Virus record (IMG/VR): IMGVR_UViG_3300049170_000045 | Coordinates: 1-48,866 of that record | From: a virus | Lineage: Duplodnaviria; Caudoviricetes | DNA length: 48,866 nt | Strand: one strand, 5' to 3' | In this document: piece by piece, positions 35,906 through 43,954 of the stretch | Layout: each line of letters opens with the position of its first letter | How positions within the stretch are numbered: position 1 is the first letter of the stretch | Made by a program: the position numbers and the translations under genes | The notes under the pieces: model-generated | Told to the model about the DNA's origin: nothing | Database searches by the model: none | The model's input: only the letters and a program-made list of their open reading frames with translations

Positions 35906-37908
35906 TCGATGTGGGCCATCGTCGGGTAGAGCAGCCGGTAGGTGCCCGGCTCGTCGGTCTCCTCCAGGTGCCTGCCTTCGTCGGCGAGCTCGGTGAGTGC
36001 CTCCGACAGCCAGGCCCTGGAACGGCCGTAGCGACCCGCCTTACCGTGCGGCTGGAAGTGCCGCGGCCCGACCTTGGTCAGGCCCTGCTCGCGGAACTCG
36101 TCCAGCATCATGTGCAGTTCGGCCTCAGCCTCCGCGCGCGTCTTCCCCTTCTGCGGCTCCGCCGGCTTCCCGAACTGCCACACCTGGTCGGCGGGGACGG
36201 GCTCGAGCGGCTGCTCGGCGTCGACTTCCGGCTCGGGGCCGCCCTCGTCACCCGGCACCAGCGCGTCGATCTCGCGGGCGACCTGACGGTCGAGCAGGGC
36301 CTCCTCCTCTCGCTCCTCGTCGTCCTTGGTCATGACGGTCTCCTTGGTGTCGATGCTGGTCAGGGACTGGCCGGGCAGGTAGATCTTGCGGTTGGCGTAG
36401 GCCTCACCTGCGGCCATGGTCGTGGTGGGCCCGGCGGGGGTAGGCGTGTAGAAGCGCTCCAGGACGGCGCGGATGTCGTCGTCGGTGATCGGGTTCCAGG
36501 TGCGGGCCTTCATGGCGTACCGCTCCTCGTCGACACCGGGCGCGACGAGGTAGTTGTAGCCGGGCTTACGGTTCTCCCACGCTTCCGGGCGGGCGCCGGC
36601 GTCGCGTACATCGTCCGGGAGCGCCATGTCGGCGGTGGTGGAGCCTTTCACGCCGAAGCAGAAGGCCCCGCCGAGCTGTTCACGCACGTCAGTAGGCATG
36701 GACGTCGCCGACGGCCGCTGCTGGCTGACGATGACGCTGCCGCCTGCGGAGCGCAGGGCTTCGACGACGGCTTCAAGTTCGGCGCCGTCCCGGAAGAACT
36801 TCGCGGACTCCTCGATCCACACGATCAGGTAGGGCATGCCCAGCTTGTCGTAGGCCTCCGGCGTCCAGTTCTTGAAGCCGTGACGTCCAAGTTCGTCGGC
36901 GCGGGCTGTGATGACCTGCGGCAGCGCGTCGATCATGGCGTTGCCGCCGGGCATCGTCATCTCCACCCAGTCCAGGTAGGGCAGAAGTGGGCCGAGGGTC
37001 TGCATGCCCTTCGCCGCATCGATCGCCCACACGATGGCGTCACGCCTGGTCAGGGCCTCAATGATGGCCCACGTCATGCCGGTCGACTTGGCGGAGCCGT
37101 TCATGCCGGTCACGGAGAAGTGCGTGGCGTTGCGGCGCGCCTTCTCGTCGGCGGGGAACCAGAACTGCTCAGTCTCCCCGTCCTCATAGATGCCGACCTG
37201 CACCGGCTCTGTGATCGAGGCACCCGGCGCGGACGGGCCCGGGTAGGGGGCACCTTCGGTGAGCATGTCCTTGGGGATGAACACGAACTCGCCCTCGGCG
37301 GCGTTCTCGGGGTCCGGCACGATGCGGATGCTGTTAGGGGAAATTCCCAGCTCACCGGCAATGTTGTTGATCCGGTTGCCGAGGTCAGCGTTGGTCAGCT
37401 CGCCGCCGGCCAGCTTGTAGGCGGCAGTCACCTTGTTCGGCTCGACCTTCGGCTCGCCCTTCAGCGCGGCCTTGGCCTTGCCCAGGGACTTGACCAGCAG
37501 CCCCGTCTCACTGGCAGCCTGCTCGCGCTCGCCGACGTCCGGGTTGACGCGCAGGATCTGCCTCATGTTCCAGCCGCCCGCCGCCACCATCCCGCCGATC
37601 GCCCATGTCGAGGCGAGGAAGGGGTCCAGCGGATCGGTGACAGTCGCGATGACGAGGTAGGACGTGCCGACCGCAGTGGACAAGGTGGCGTGCAGTCGGC
37701 GCGGCTTCGATGTGCCCTCCCCCGCCCACCATGTCGTCGCGGTCAGCACACCCGCCCCCACCGTCAAGGCCGCGCCGGCGAGGGGCGACCCGCCCCACAT
37801 GGCGTGCATGCCGACAGCGGCAGGCATCGAGGCGGCCGTGGCCAGCCATGGGCGCATACGAGGGTGCTTGAGGGCCTTGTAGAGATCAGCCTTAGGGGTG
37901 TCAGCCAC
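35902..37908 (-). CDS. traB: TraB conjugative DNA translocase (FtsK/SpoIIIE-like)
   Basis: N-terminal TMs; Walker A GMNGSAKS; IDAAKG; Walker B IVWIEE; SQQRP; C-terminal wHTH (SRAWLSEALTEL...PGTYRL). Confidence 0.9.
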   Translation of the reverse strand: MADTPKADLYKALKHPRMRPWLATAASMPAAVGMHAMWGGSPLAGAALTVGAGVLTATTWWAGEGTSKPRRLHATLSTAVGTSYLVIATVTDPLDPFLASTWAIGGMVAAGGWNMRQILRVNPDVGEREQAASETGLLVKSLGKAKAALKGEPKVEPNKVTAAYKLAGGELTNADLGNRINNIAGELGISPNSIRIVPDPENAAEGEFVFIPKDMLTEGAPYPGPSAPGASITEPVQVGIYEDGETEQFWFPADEKARRNATHFSVTGMNGSAKSTGMTWAIIEALTRRDAIVWAIDAAKGMQTLGPLLPYLDWVEMTMPGGNAMIDALPQVITARADELGRHGFKNWTPEAYDKLGMPYLIVWIEESAKFFRDGAELEAVVEALRSAGGSVIVSQQRPSATSMPTDVREQLGGAFCFGVKGSTTADMALPDDVRDAGARPEAWENRKPGYNYLVAPGVDEERYAMKARTWNPITDDDIRAVLERFYTPTPAGPTTTMAAGEAYANRKIYLPGQSLTSIDTKETVMTKDDEEREEEALLDRQVAREIDALVPGDEGGPEPEVDAEQPLEPVPADQVWQFGKPAEPQKGKTRAEAEAELHMMLDEFREQGLTKVGPRHFQPHGKAGRYGRSRAWLSEALTELADEGRHLEETDEPGTYRLLYPTMAHID

Positions 37909-37960
37909 GGTGTCAGCTCCGATGTCAGAACGCTGTCAGTGCAGGTGGGAGGGGTGTCAG
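37897..37960. repeat. Second GGTGTCAG cluster at the traB start
   Basis: GGTGTCAG at 37897, 37909, 37953; GATGTCAG at 37921; GCTGTCAG at 37932. Confidence 0.75.
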
Positions 37961-38103
37961 CGGATCTGGGCCGCGACGAGCAGATAGAGGCCGAAGAGGA
38001 CGACGGCGGAGGTGAAACCGTCGCGGACAGGGACGCAGTACTCGTGGCGGAGCCACAGTGCGTACAGGCCTGCCGCGACGGCCGCGACCACGAGATCGAT
38101 CAC
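37957..38103 (-). CDS. 48-aa two-TM membrane protein
   Basis: GTGA overlap with traA; MIDLVVAAVAAGLYALWL...AVVLFGLYLLVAA. Confidence 0.6.
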   Translation of the reverse strand: MIDLVVAAVAAGLYALWLRHEYCVPVRDGFTSAVVLFGLYLLVAAQIR

Positions 38104-38783
38104 CAGGACTTCCAGGCGCTGTTGCTGCGCTGCCGCCCGCCCTGGCGGGGCTCGCCGCGGCGGCGCCCGCTGCTGATCTGCGCCAGCTCGGCCTCGAACT
38201 CGCGGGTGAACGACGACCACAGGGCAGCGGACTGCTTCGCGATCAGCTTCTCGGCAGCGGCGATCCGCTTCAGATGCCGGGACACACGGCGCGCCCGCGC
38301 CCTGGAGCCCGACAGCGACCCGTGCACGTCGGGAATGTTCCGCAGCGCCGACTCCAGCGTCTCGGCATCCAGCGCCCGCTCCACCGCGCGGGGCCGGGCC
38401 TGCTTACGCAGCGACTCGCAATACGCGCGGATGTCCTCATCGCTCGTGAACCCCGACCCCGGGGTGGCCCGGTGGCCGCCTCCCCCGCCACCGGCCGCCC
38501 CTTGTACGACGGTGGTCTTGTTGATGCTGAAAGTCAGCGGGGGCAGTGACACATCGGGGGCGAGGTTAACCTTGCCGATCTCCACCTTGGTGTTGCGGGA
38601 GGGGCGGTTCTGCCGGTTCCGTCGAGCCCGCTCATTGCGGCGGAGCTCCGCCGCATCTGCGACGCGACGGCCGTGGACCCAGGTAGCGTGCCCGGGTGAA
38701 CCCAGAGTCGGCGGATAGTTCGGCCGCGGCGGAACATTCGGAACGTTCTGCCCCGCGTGCGCGGAACCGTTGGTGATGGCCAT
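38100..38783 (-). CDS. traA: Plasmid transfer protein TraA-like
   Basis: FTSDEDIRAYCESLR...RARARRVSRHLKR...FEAEL; directly upstream of traB as in Streptomyces plasmids. Confidence 0.7.
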   Translation of the reverse strand: MAITNGSAHAGQNVPNVPPRPNYPPTLGSPGHATWVHGRRVADAAELRRNERARRNRQNRPSRNTKVEIGKVNLAPDVSLPPLTFSINKTTVVQGAAGGGGGGHRATPGSGFTSDEDIRAYCESLRKQARPRAVERALDAETLESALRNIPDVHGSLSGSRARARRVSRHLKRIAAAEKLIAKQSAALWSSFTREFEAELAQISSGRRRGEPRQGGRQRSNSAWKSW

Positions 38784-40009
38784 CAGACGGTGCTCCTGTC
38801 GAGAGAAACGGAACTACGGGGCTCGCGGCCAACAGCCGCGGTATCGGTGCGCTCGCCCGCTTGGGAGAGTGCGGCAGTGCGGACCTTCCGTCCGTAGCGG
38901 TCGCTGGTGCCAAGCTTCTTGCCGATGTCGGCCCCGGACAGGTCCGGATCGGCGTCCAGCCAGCGGAGGGCGGTACGGACGTGTTTGTCGAATGCGGTGC
39001 TCTTGCTGTTGGGGCTGGTCTTGCGGCGTGTCCGCCGTGCCGGTTCCGGGGTGCCCTGTGGTTCCGGCCCCGGGCCTGGATCCGGCACGGCTTGTAGTTC
39101 CGGGCGTGGTTCCGCCCCGGCCGGAACCTGGCGGCGGTCGCGGTCCGGAACCGGAACGAGGACGACCCGGGCCGGAACTGGTTCCGCCCCCGGACCGCTT
39201 TCCGGTTCCGCCTCGAACGGCGACAGCAGGGCGATAGTCGAGAGAGATCCGGCGGATCGCCGGGCCGCCAACTGGCGCAGCAGAACATCCCGCTGCACCG
39301 GGTCGGTACCGGCTCCGGAGCGTGCGACGGCAGCGGCCAAACGGCGCCTGCCCCAGCTACGGAGATTCCCCCGGGAGGCGAGGCGCACCGCGCGGACGGT
39401 CGCCCGGTCCCGGGTGATCTGTTCCGCCGTGCGGTCCCTCGTCGCCAGACCCAGGCGCGACAGCAGTCGCTCCCTGAGCTCGCGGGCAATGATTGCCGGC
39501 AGGCTAGACGAGAGGGCGCCAGGCTTGGCGTGCCACAGCTCCAGTCCCATCGCCATGTGCCACAGCACTGCGGCCAGAACCGGACCAACCACTGCGCGCA
39601 CCGTGCCGCCCAGCACGCCGGACTCGGTGTAGGCGGGAATGACCTGCACCAGGGTGACGGCCCATACGAGCAAGCCCGGCGTGCCTGGAGTGCCGCGCTC
39701 CCGCAGGTTCTGCCGCGCCATAAGCGCACAGGCGAAGAGCGCGAGTTCAGCGGCGGCGAACATAGCTGCACGTTCCAACGTCTCGGTCATTCCGAGCCTG
39801 TGCTCGGCGAACCGCCAGGAGGTGTCGGCCGAATAGGCGGTGCAAGCGCCCGCGGCGAGGGAGGCGACCAGGACCGCCACGGGCGGACGCCTGCGGTCCT
39901 TCCGGGAACGGCGACGCAGGCCGAACCAACTCAAAGCCAGCACGGTCAAACCCGCGAGCACCAACCACTGCTCCCGCGCCATCGTTGCCAGATCCCCGGC
40001 GCTCACCAT
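38783..40009 (-). CDS. SpdB-like spread protein (multi-TM, Pro-rich linker, C-terminal HTH)
   Basis: YSADTSWRFA, MFAAAELAL, GPVLAAVLWH; LSGADIGKKLGTSDRYGRKV. Confidence 0.72.
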   Translation of the reverse strand: MVSAGDLATMAREQWLVLAGLTVLALSWFGLRRRSRKDRRRPPVAVLVASLAAGACTAYSADTSWRFAEHRLGMTETLERAAMFAAAELALFACALMARQNLRERGTPGTPGLLVWAVTLVQVIPAYTESGVLGGTVRAVVGPVLAAVLWHMAMGLELWHAKPGALSSSLPAIIARELRERLLSRLGLATRDRTAEQITRDRATVRAVRLASRGNLRSWGRRRLAAAVARSGAGTDPVQRDVLLRQLAARRSAGSLSTIALLSPFEAEPESGPGAEPVPARVVLVPVPDRDRRQVPAGAEPRPELQAVPDPGPGPEPQGTPEPARRTRRKTSPNSKSTAFDKHVRTALRWLDADPDLSGADIGKKLGTSDRYGRKVRTAALSQAGERTDTAAVGREPRSSVSLDRSTV

Positions 40010-40218
40010 GACCGCCTGACTGCGTAGCCTCGGCCCCGCGCAAGAGAGAGTAGGGAGGCGGCGAACGCGATACCCAGCACGGCGGTGCCGGCGGAGGCGG
40101 TCAGCAGCCAGACGACGGCGGCCAGTACGACCGGGACTGCTTGCGGGCAGGTGATGACGAAGGCGACACCAAAGATCCAGGCGAGAACGGCGGCTGGCCG
40201 CGTGTCGTGGGTGCGCAT
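40003..40218 (-). CDS. Small membrane protein (Spd-like)
   Basis: GAGGA RBS; almost entirely hydrophobic. Confidence 0.65.
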   Translation of the reverse strand: MRTHDTRPAAVLAWIFGVAFVITCPQAVPVVLAAVVWLLTASAGTAVLGIAFAASLLSLARGRGYAVRRSW

Positions 40219-40259
40219 GAGAAGTCCTCTCGAAGTAGAGGTGGGCCTCAGATTTCCGG

Positions 40260-40460
40260 TCAGCGCTTGGTGCCGCCGTGCCAGCGGGACACCTTCGCGG
40301 CCTTCTCGTTGGCGATGCCGTTCAGCCGCTGGTACTCGGGCGTCTCGTCGCGGATCCCGGCCTTTTCCTCACGTCGCTGGTTGGCGTGCAGAGCGGCGTC
40401 CGCTGCCTTCAGCTCGGCGATCGCGGCCTTCTCCTCGGGCGACTTGCTGAACAGGCCCAT
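40260..40460 (-). CDS. Small helical protein (MGLFSKS...)
   Basis: AAGGGA RBS; GC3 bias. Confidence 0.7.
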   Translation of the reverse strand: MGLFSKSPEEKAAIAELKAADAALHANQRREEKAGIRDETPEYQRLNGIANEKAAKVSRWHGGTKR

Positions 40461-40536
40461 GACGGGGTCCCTTCTGGGCCGGGGCTGTCCCGGCTCCCCT
40501 CACCGCCCGTGTGTGTCGGGCGGATCGGGCAGCCGG

Positions 40537-40752
40537 TCAGCGGCGGCGCGCGGCGCGGATCTCGGCGTCCGTGGCGCCGGCCTCCCGGGCGTCGTGCACT
40601 TCGGCCTGCGCCTGCTGGAGGGCGTTCCGCGCCTGCCGCGAGTTGCGACCGTGCGTATTGATCGCCTTGGTGGCGGCCTCGACAGCGGAGACGACATCGC
40701 GGAGGGCGGCCGACTTGGCGGCCGACTTGCCAGACTTGTTGAACAGGCTCAT
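40537..40752 (-). CDS. Small helical protein (MSLFNKS...)
   Basis: GAGGA RBS; GC3 bias. Confidence 0.7.
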   Translation of the reverse strand: MSLFNKSGKSAAKSAALRDVVSAVEAATKAINTHGRNSRQARNALQQAQAEVHDAREAGATDAEIRAARRR

Positions 40753-40845
40753 GAGGAGTCCTCTCTCAATGGGATCGGGGGGTGGTGCGTGCCCCGGCCT
40801 GCGGTGAGGCGGCGGCCCGGGGTCGGCCTGACCGGGGCTGGGCGG

Positions 40846-41022
40846 TCAGGCCGCCGCTGGCGTATGCAGGCCCCGCAGCTCCGCCATCAGCGACGGCTCA
40901 TCGGGGTGATCGGCGTCCAAGTCCATCGCCGCGAACGCCAACTCCAAGGCGCGGTCGAAGTCCTCGTCGTGGCGGGCCTTGCGGTACTCGGCCAGAAACG
41001 CGACACGGGTCTGCTCAGACAT
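40846..41022 (-). CDS. Small hypothetical protein
   Basis: AAAGGA RBS, MSEQTRVAFLAEY... Confidence 0.65.
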   Translation of the reverse strand: MSEQTRVAFLAEYRKARHDEDFDRALELAFAAMDLDADHPDEPSLMAELRGLHTPAAA

Positions 41023-41143
41023 GGGAGTCCTTTCAGGGACGCACAAAGGGAAGTGGGAGCCGTGGCGGCGGGGTGGAGGGGAGCCGAAACACCCGCCACC
41101 ACGGCGAACAGGGGGTAGTGCAGCCAGAGCCGGGCAGTGCAGA

Positions 41144-41359
41144 TCAGCAGCTGCGGTGCGGCAGGCCGGCGGTGATGCGGGCATGCGCCACGGCGATGAG
41201 GTTCTGCGCGATCAACGAGTAGGACTGGCTCATCTGCGCCCCGTGCTCACTGTTCGCCACGGCGTGGTCGATGGCCAGACTCGTGTACTCGGCCGACAAC
41301 TCCAGCAACTCGCTAGCGTTCATGTCGGCAAGGCGGGCGGCGCCGCTGGTGACAGTCAT
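41144..41359 (-). CDS. Small hypothetical protein
   Basis: AAGGGA RBS. Confidence 0.6.
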   Translation of the reverse strand: MTVTSGAARLADMNASELLELSAEYTSLAIDHAVANSEHGAQMSQSYSLIAQNLIAVAHARITAGLPHRSC

Positions 41360-41568
41360 TGCAGAGGTGTCCCTTCAACTTGGGTGACTGAGGAAGACGG
41401 TGCTGGTGGGCCACCGGCCCGGACAGAAGCGGGGGGGACCGTGATGGCGGAGGCCGGGGGGAACGTCATCCCCGCCACCACGGCGATCAGGGGGTTAGCG
41501 AGTCGGGTGCTCGCTGCGGTGGTTCACATCGCGGAGGCGGCGCAAAAGCCGCTCCCAGTCAGCGGAAG

Positions 41569-41811
41569 TCACGACGACAACCCCGCGGAGCGGACGATCA
41601 CCAGGAAGGAATCCGACGGATAGTCGTAGACGACCTCCGCCGCGACACCCTCCGCACGGCGCTGAGCGGCGAACTCCTCCGCCGGCCGGGAGCCACGCGG
41701 GTTACCGGCCGAGACACGGTGCAGAACCGTGCGCGGCTGGCGGACGTAGGAGGCGGCCTGGTGGGCGGCCACATCGGCGGGGCTCAGGGCGGGGGCGGTC
41801 GGGGCGCTCAT
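41569..41811 (-). CDS. Small hypothetical protein
   Basis: ATGA overlap with the upstream gene. Confidence 0.6.
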   Translation of the reverse strand: MSAPTAPALSPADVAAHQAASYVRQPRTVLHRVSAGNPRGSRPAEEFAAQRRAEGVAAEVVYDYPSDSFLVIVRSAGLSS

Positions 41812-42251
41812 GATTGCGCCTCGCCCATGTGCGTGATCAGGTCTCGTACCGCAGCCAGACGCTCGTGCGGGTCCTGACCTGCGGGGACGACGATGGTGCG
41901 ACCGTCACCCTCGGTAGGGTCGTGGACGGCCTTGATGCGGTCCCGGAGCTTCGGGTCGAGGGCGGCGGTGTCCCACTCCTCGACGTGCAGCCGGTTCTCC
42001 GCGAGGAGCGATCGCAGCGACTCGCGGGCCTCCTGCTCGTCCGCCAGGCGCTCGATCTCGGCGAGACGGGCACGGGCCGACGCGATCATGCGGCGGAGGT
42101 GGGTCGAGGTGACCTCGGCGAGGTCAGACAGTTGCGGATCAGAGCTGGCGATCAGGGCCAGCTCACCGGTGTCCGCATCGGCCATGACCTCGGCATCGAG
42201 GACCAGGCTTACAGCGCGCACCGGGCAATACGCTACGTTGGCGTTAGCCAT
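41808..42251 (-). CDS. First gene of the transfer operon, hypothetical
   Basis: AGGGAG RBS; C-terminal half resembles 47102..47404. Confidence 0.7.
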   Translation of the reverse strand: MANANVAYCPVRAVSLVLDAEVMADADTGELALIASSDPQLSDLAEVTSTHLRRMIASARARLAEIERLADEQEARESLRSLLAENRLHVEEWDTAALDPKLRDRIKAVHDPTEGDGRTIVVPAGQDPHERLAAVRDLITHMGEAQS

Positions 42252-42511
42252 CAGGGTCTCCCTAGCAGGTACCTGATTGGTCAGGGCCGGTGCGTGCGCG
42301 ATGTAGGAGTCGCAAGCGTCCGGCCCGTTTTCATTTGTGGAGCGTCGTCCGCGGACTGGGTCCGGTAGGAGTGGACGACTGACAGCGATCTAAAGTCGAG
42401 ACTTGAGAGCCGCTGTGTAGAAACGTAGAGGCTCGGCGTCGGCCCGTCAACCCAACTCGCAGTATCGAACGGGTTCTTGAGGAGTCGCAGGTCGACCTTT
42501 ACGCTCCCTAC

Positions 42512-42754
42512 ATGACCGACTCCCTCGACAAGGCTCTCGCTCCCCTGGCAACCCACATCCGGGCGATCGACGACTACCCGACGCGGTACCAGGAGATTGA
42601 GGCCGCCGAGGAGCGGTTCCGGGCGCTTAAGCGGCTCCTGCTGCAGGAGACCGCCCTGGGGCTGCGCGCCGAGGGAAAGAAGTGGAAGGAGATCGGCGCG
42701 ATCATGGGCGGCGTCACGTACCAGCGCGCCTTCCAGATCGGTCACGGTGAATGA
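42512..42754 (+). CDS. Small HTH regulator (probably leaderless)
   Basis: LRAEGKKWKEIGAIMGGVTYQRAFQI; TACGCT 6 nt before ATG; divergent from the transfer operon. Confidence 0.78.
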   Translation: MTDSLDKALAPLATHIRAIDDYPTRYQEIEAAEERFRALKRLLLQETALGLRAEGKKWKEIGAIMGGVTYQRAFQIGHGE

Positions 42755-42905
42755 GTGGCGGTTCATGGGATCGAGTCAACGCTTACTCGGACGCGCAGCC
42801 CATGAAGCGACCGTGCACCCGCATGCAGTGATCACGCAGCGGACATGCAGGCAGCATGCAGGTCCAGCGAAATAGCCCCCACGATCTTCGGGCGGGGAGC
42901 CGATA

Positions 42906-43541
42906 GTGGATGTCACCCAGTGGACCGGACGGCACGCGTGCTGGCTCCAGGACGCGTTCGAAGACACGCAGGAGGAGTTCGCGGGACGCCTTGGCGTCTC
43001 CGTGCGCAGCGTCGCTTCCTGGCACAAGTCGCCGGACATGGTCCCCAAGCTGGAGACCAGACGGATTTTGAACACGGCACTCGAAAGGGCAGGTGATGCG
43101 GTGCGTCGGCGGTTCATCCACTACACGCGCGTCCACGTCGAACGCGTCCAGGCGCAGGCTCTGCGCGTGGCGATCGCCGTGGTCCGTCGTGGCGACGAGG
43201 TCCTCCTCGTCTGCCGCCAGGACGGCGACGAGATCAGCTGGCAATTCCCAGCCGGCATCGTGAAACCCGGCGGCTCGGCGGCGAAGGTCGCGGTCCGCGA
43301 GACCCTCGATGAGACCGGGGTCCACTGCACCGTCCGCGAACATCTGGGTGAACGCCTGCACCCTGTGACCAGGGCTTACTGCGACTACTACGTATGCGAC
43401 TGGCTTCACGGCGAGGCGATCAACGGTGATGAGTCCGAGAACGCCGCCGTGGCTTGGGCGCCGATACGGGACCTCGCCCGGTACATCCCGACCGACCGCA
43501 TCTATCCGCCGATCTTGAACGCCTTGGAGGCGACAGCGTGA
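42906..43541 (+). CDS. XRE-HTH fused to a Nudix domain (degenerate Nudix box)
   Basis: TQEEFAGRLGVSVRSVASW; WQFPAGIVKPGGSAAKVAVRETLDETGV. Confidence 0.88.
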   Translation: MDVTQWTGRHACWLQDAFEDTQEEFAGRLGVSVRSVASWHKSPDMVPKLETRRILNTALERAGDAVRRRFIHYTRVHVERVQAQALRVAIAVVRRGDEVLLVCRQDGDEISWQFPAGIVKPGGSAAKVAVRETLDETGVHCTVREHLGERLHPVTRAYCDYYVCDWLHGEAINGDESENAAVAWAPIRDLARYIPTDRIYPPILNALEATA

Positions 43542-43954
43542 GCGAGACCAGCACCGAGAAGCCCGGCATCAGCGCAGCCATCATCGTCCAGGACGGCCGT
43601 GTCCTCATGGTCCGCCGGGCTGTGAAGGAGGGCGAGTTGATGTGGCAGTTCCCCGCCGGCGCAATCGAGGACGGCGAGACCGCCGAGGAGGCCGCAGTGC
43701 GCGAGACGCTCGAAGAGACCGGCCTGAAGGTCGAGGCGATCAAGCTCCTCGGAGAGCGCGTCCACCCCAAGACGGGACGGCTCATGTCGTACACCGCCGC
43801 CGAGGTCTTGGACGGTGAGGCGCGCGTCGCGGATGACGAGGAACTCGACGCCGTCGCGTGGGTGGCTCACTCCGAGATCAACGAATACGTCCCCTACGGT
43901 CTGTTCGAGCCGGTGCAGGAGTACCTCGACCACGCACTGCCGCAGGAGGTCTGA
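43538..43954 (+). CDS. Nudix hydrolase
   Basis: Canonical GAIEDGETAEEAAVRETLEETGL; GTGA overlap. Confidence 0.92.
   Translation: MSETSTEKPGISAAIIVQDGRVLMVRRAVKEGELMWQFPAGAIEDGETAEEAAVRETLEETGLKVEAIKLLGERVHPKTGRLMSYTAAEVLDGEARVADDEELDAVAWVAHSEINEYVPYGLFEPVQEYLDHALPQEV

Noticed and set aside
35851-38718. 955-aa plus-strand ORF and other long antisense ORFs (26649..28430, 30069..31364, 17853..19070, 1537..2838)
   Set aside because: Shadow frames of real GC-rich genes on the opposite strand; no recognisable motifs.
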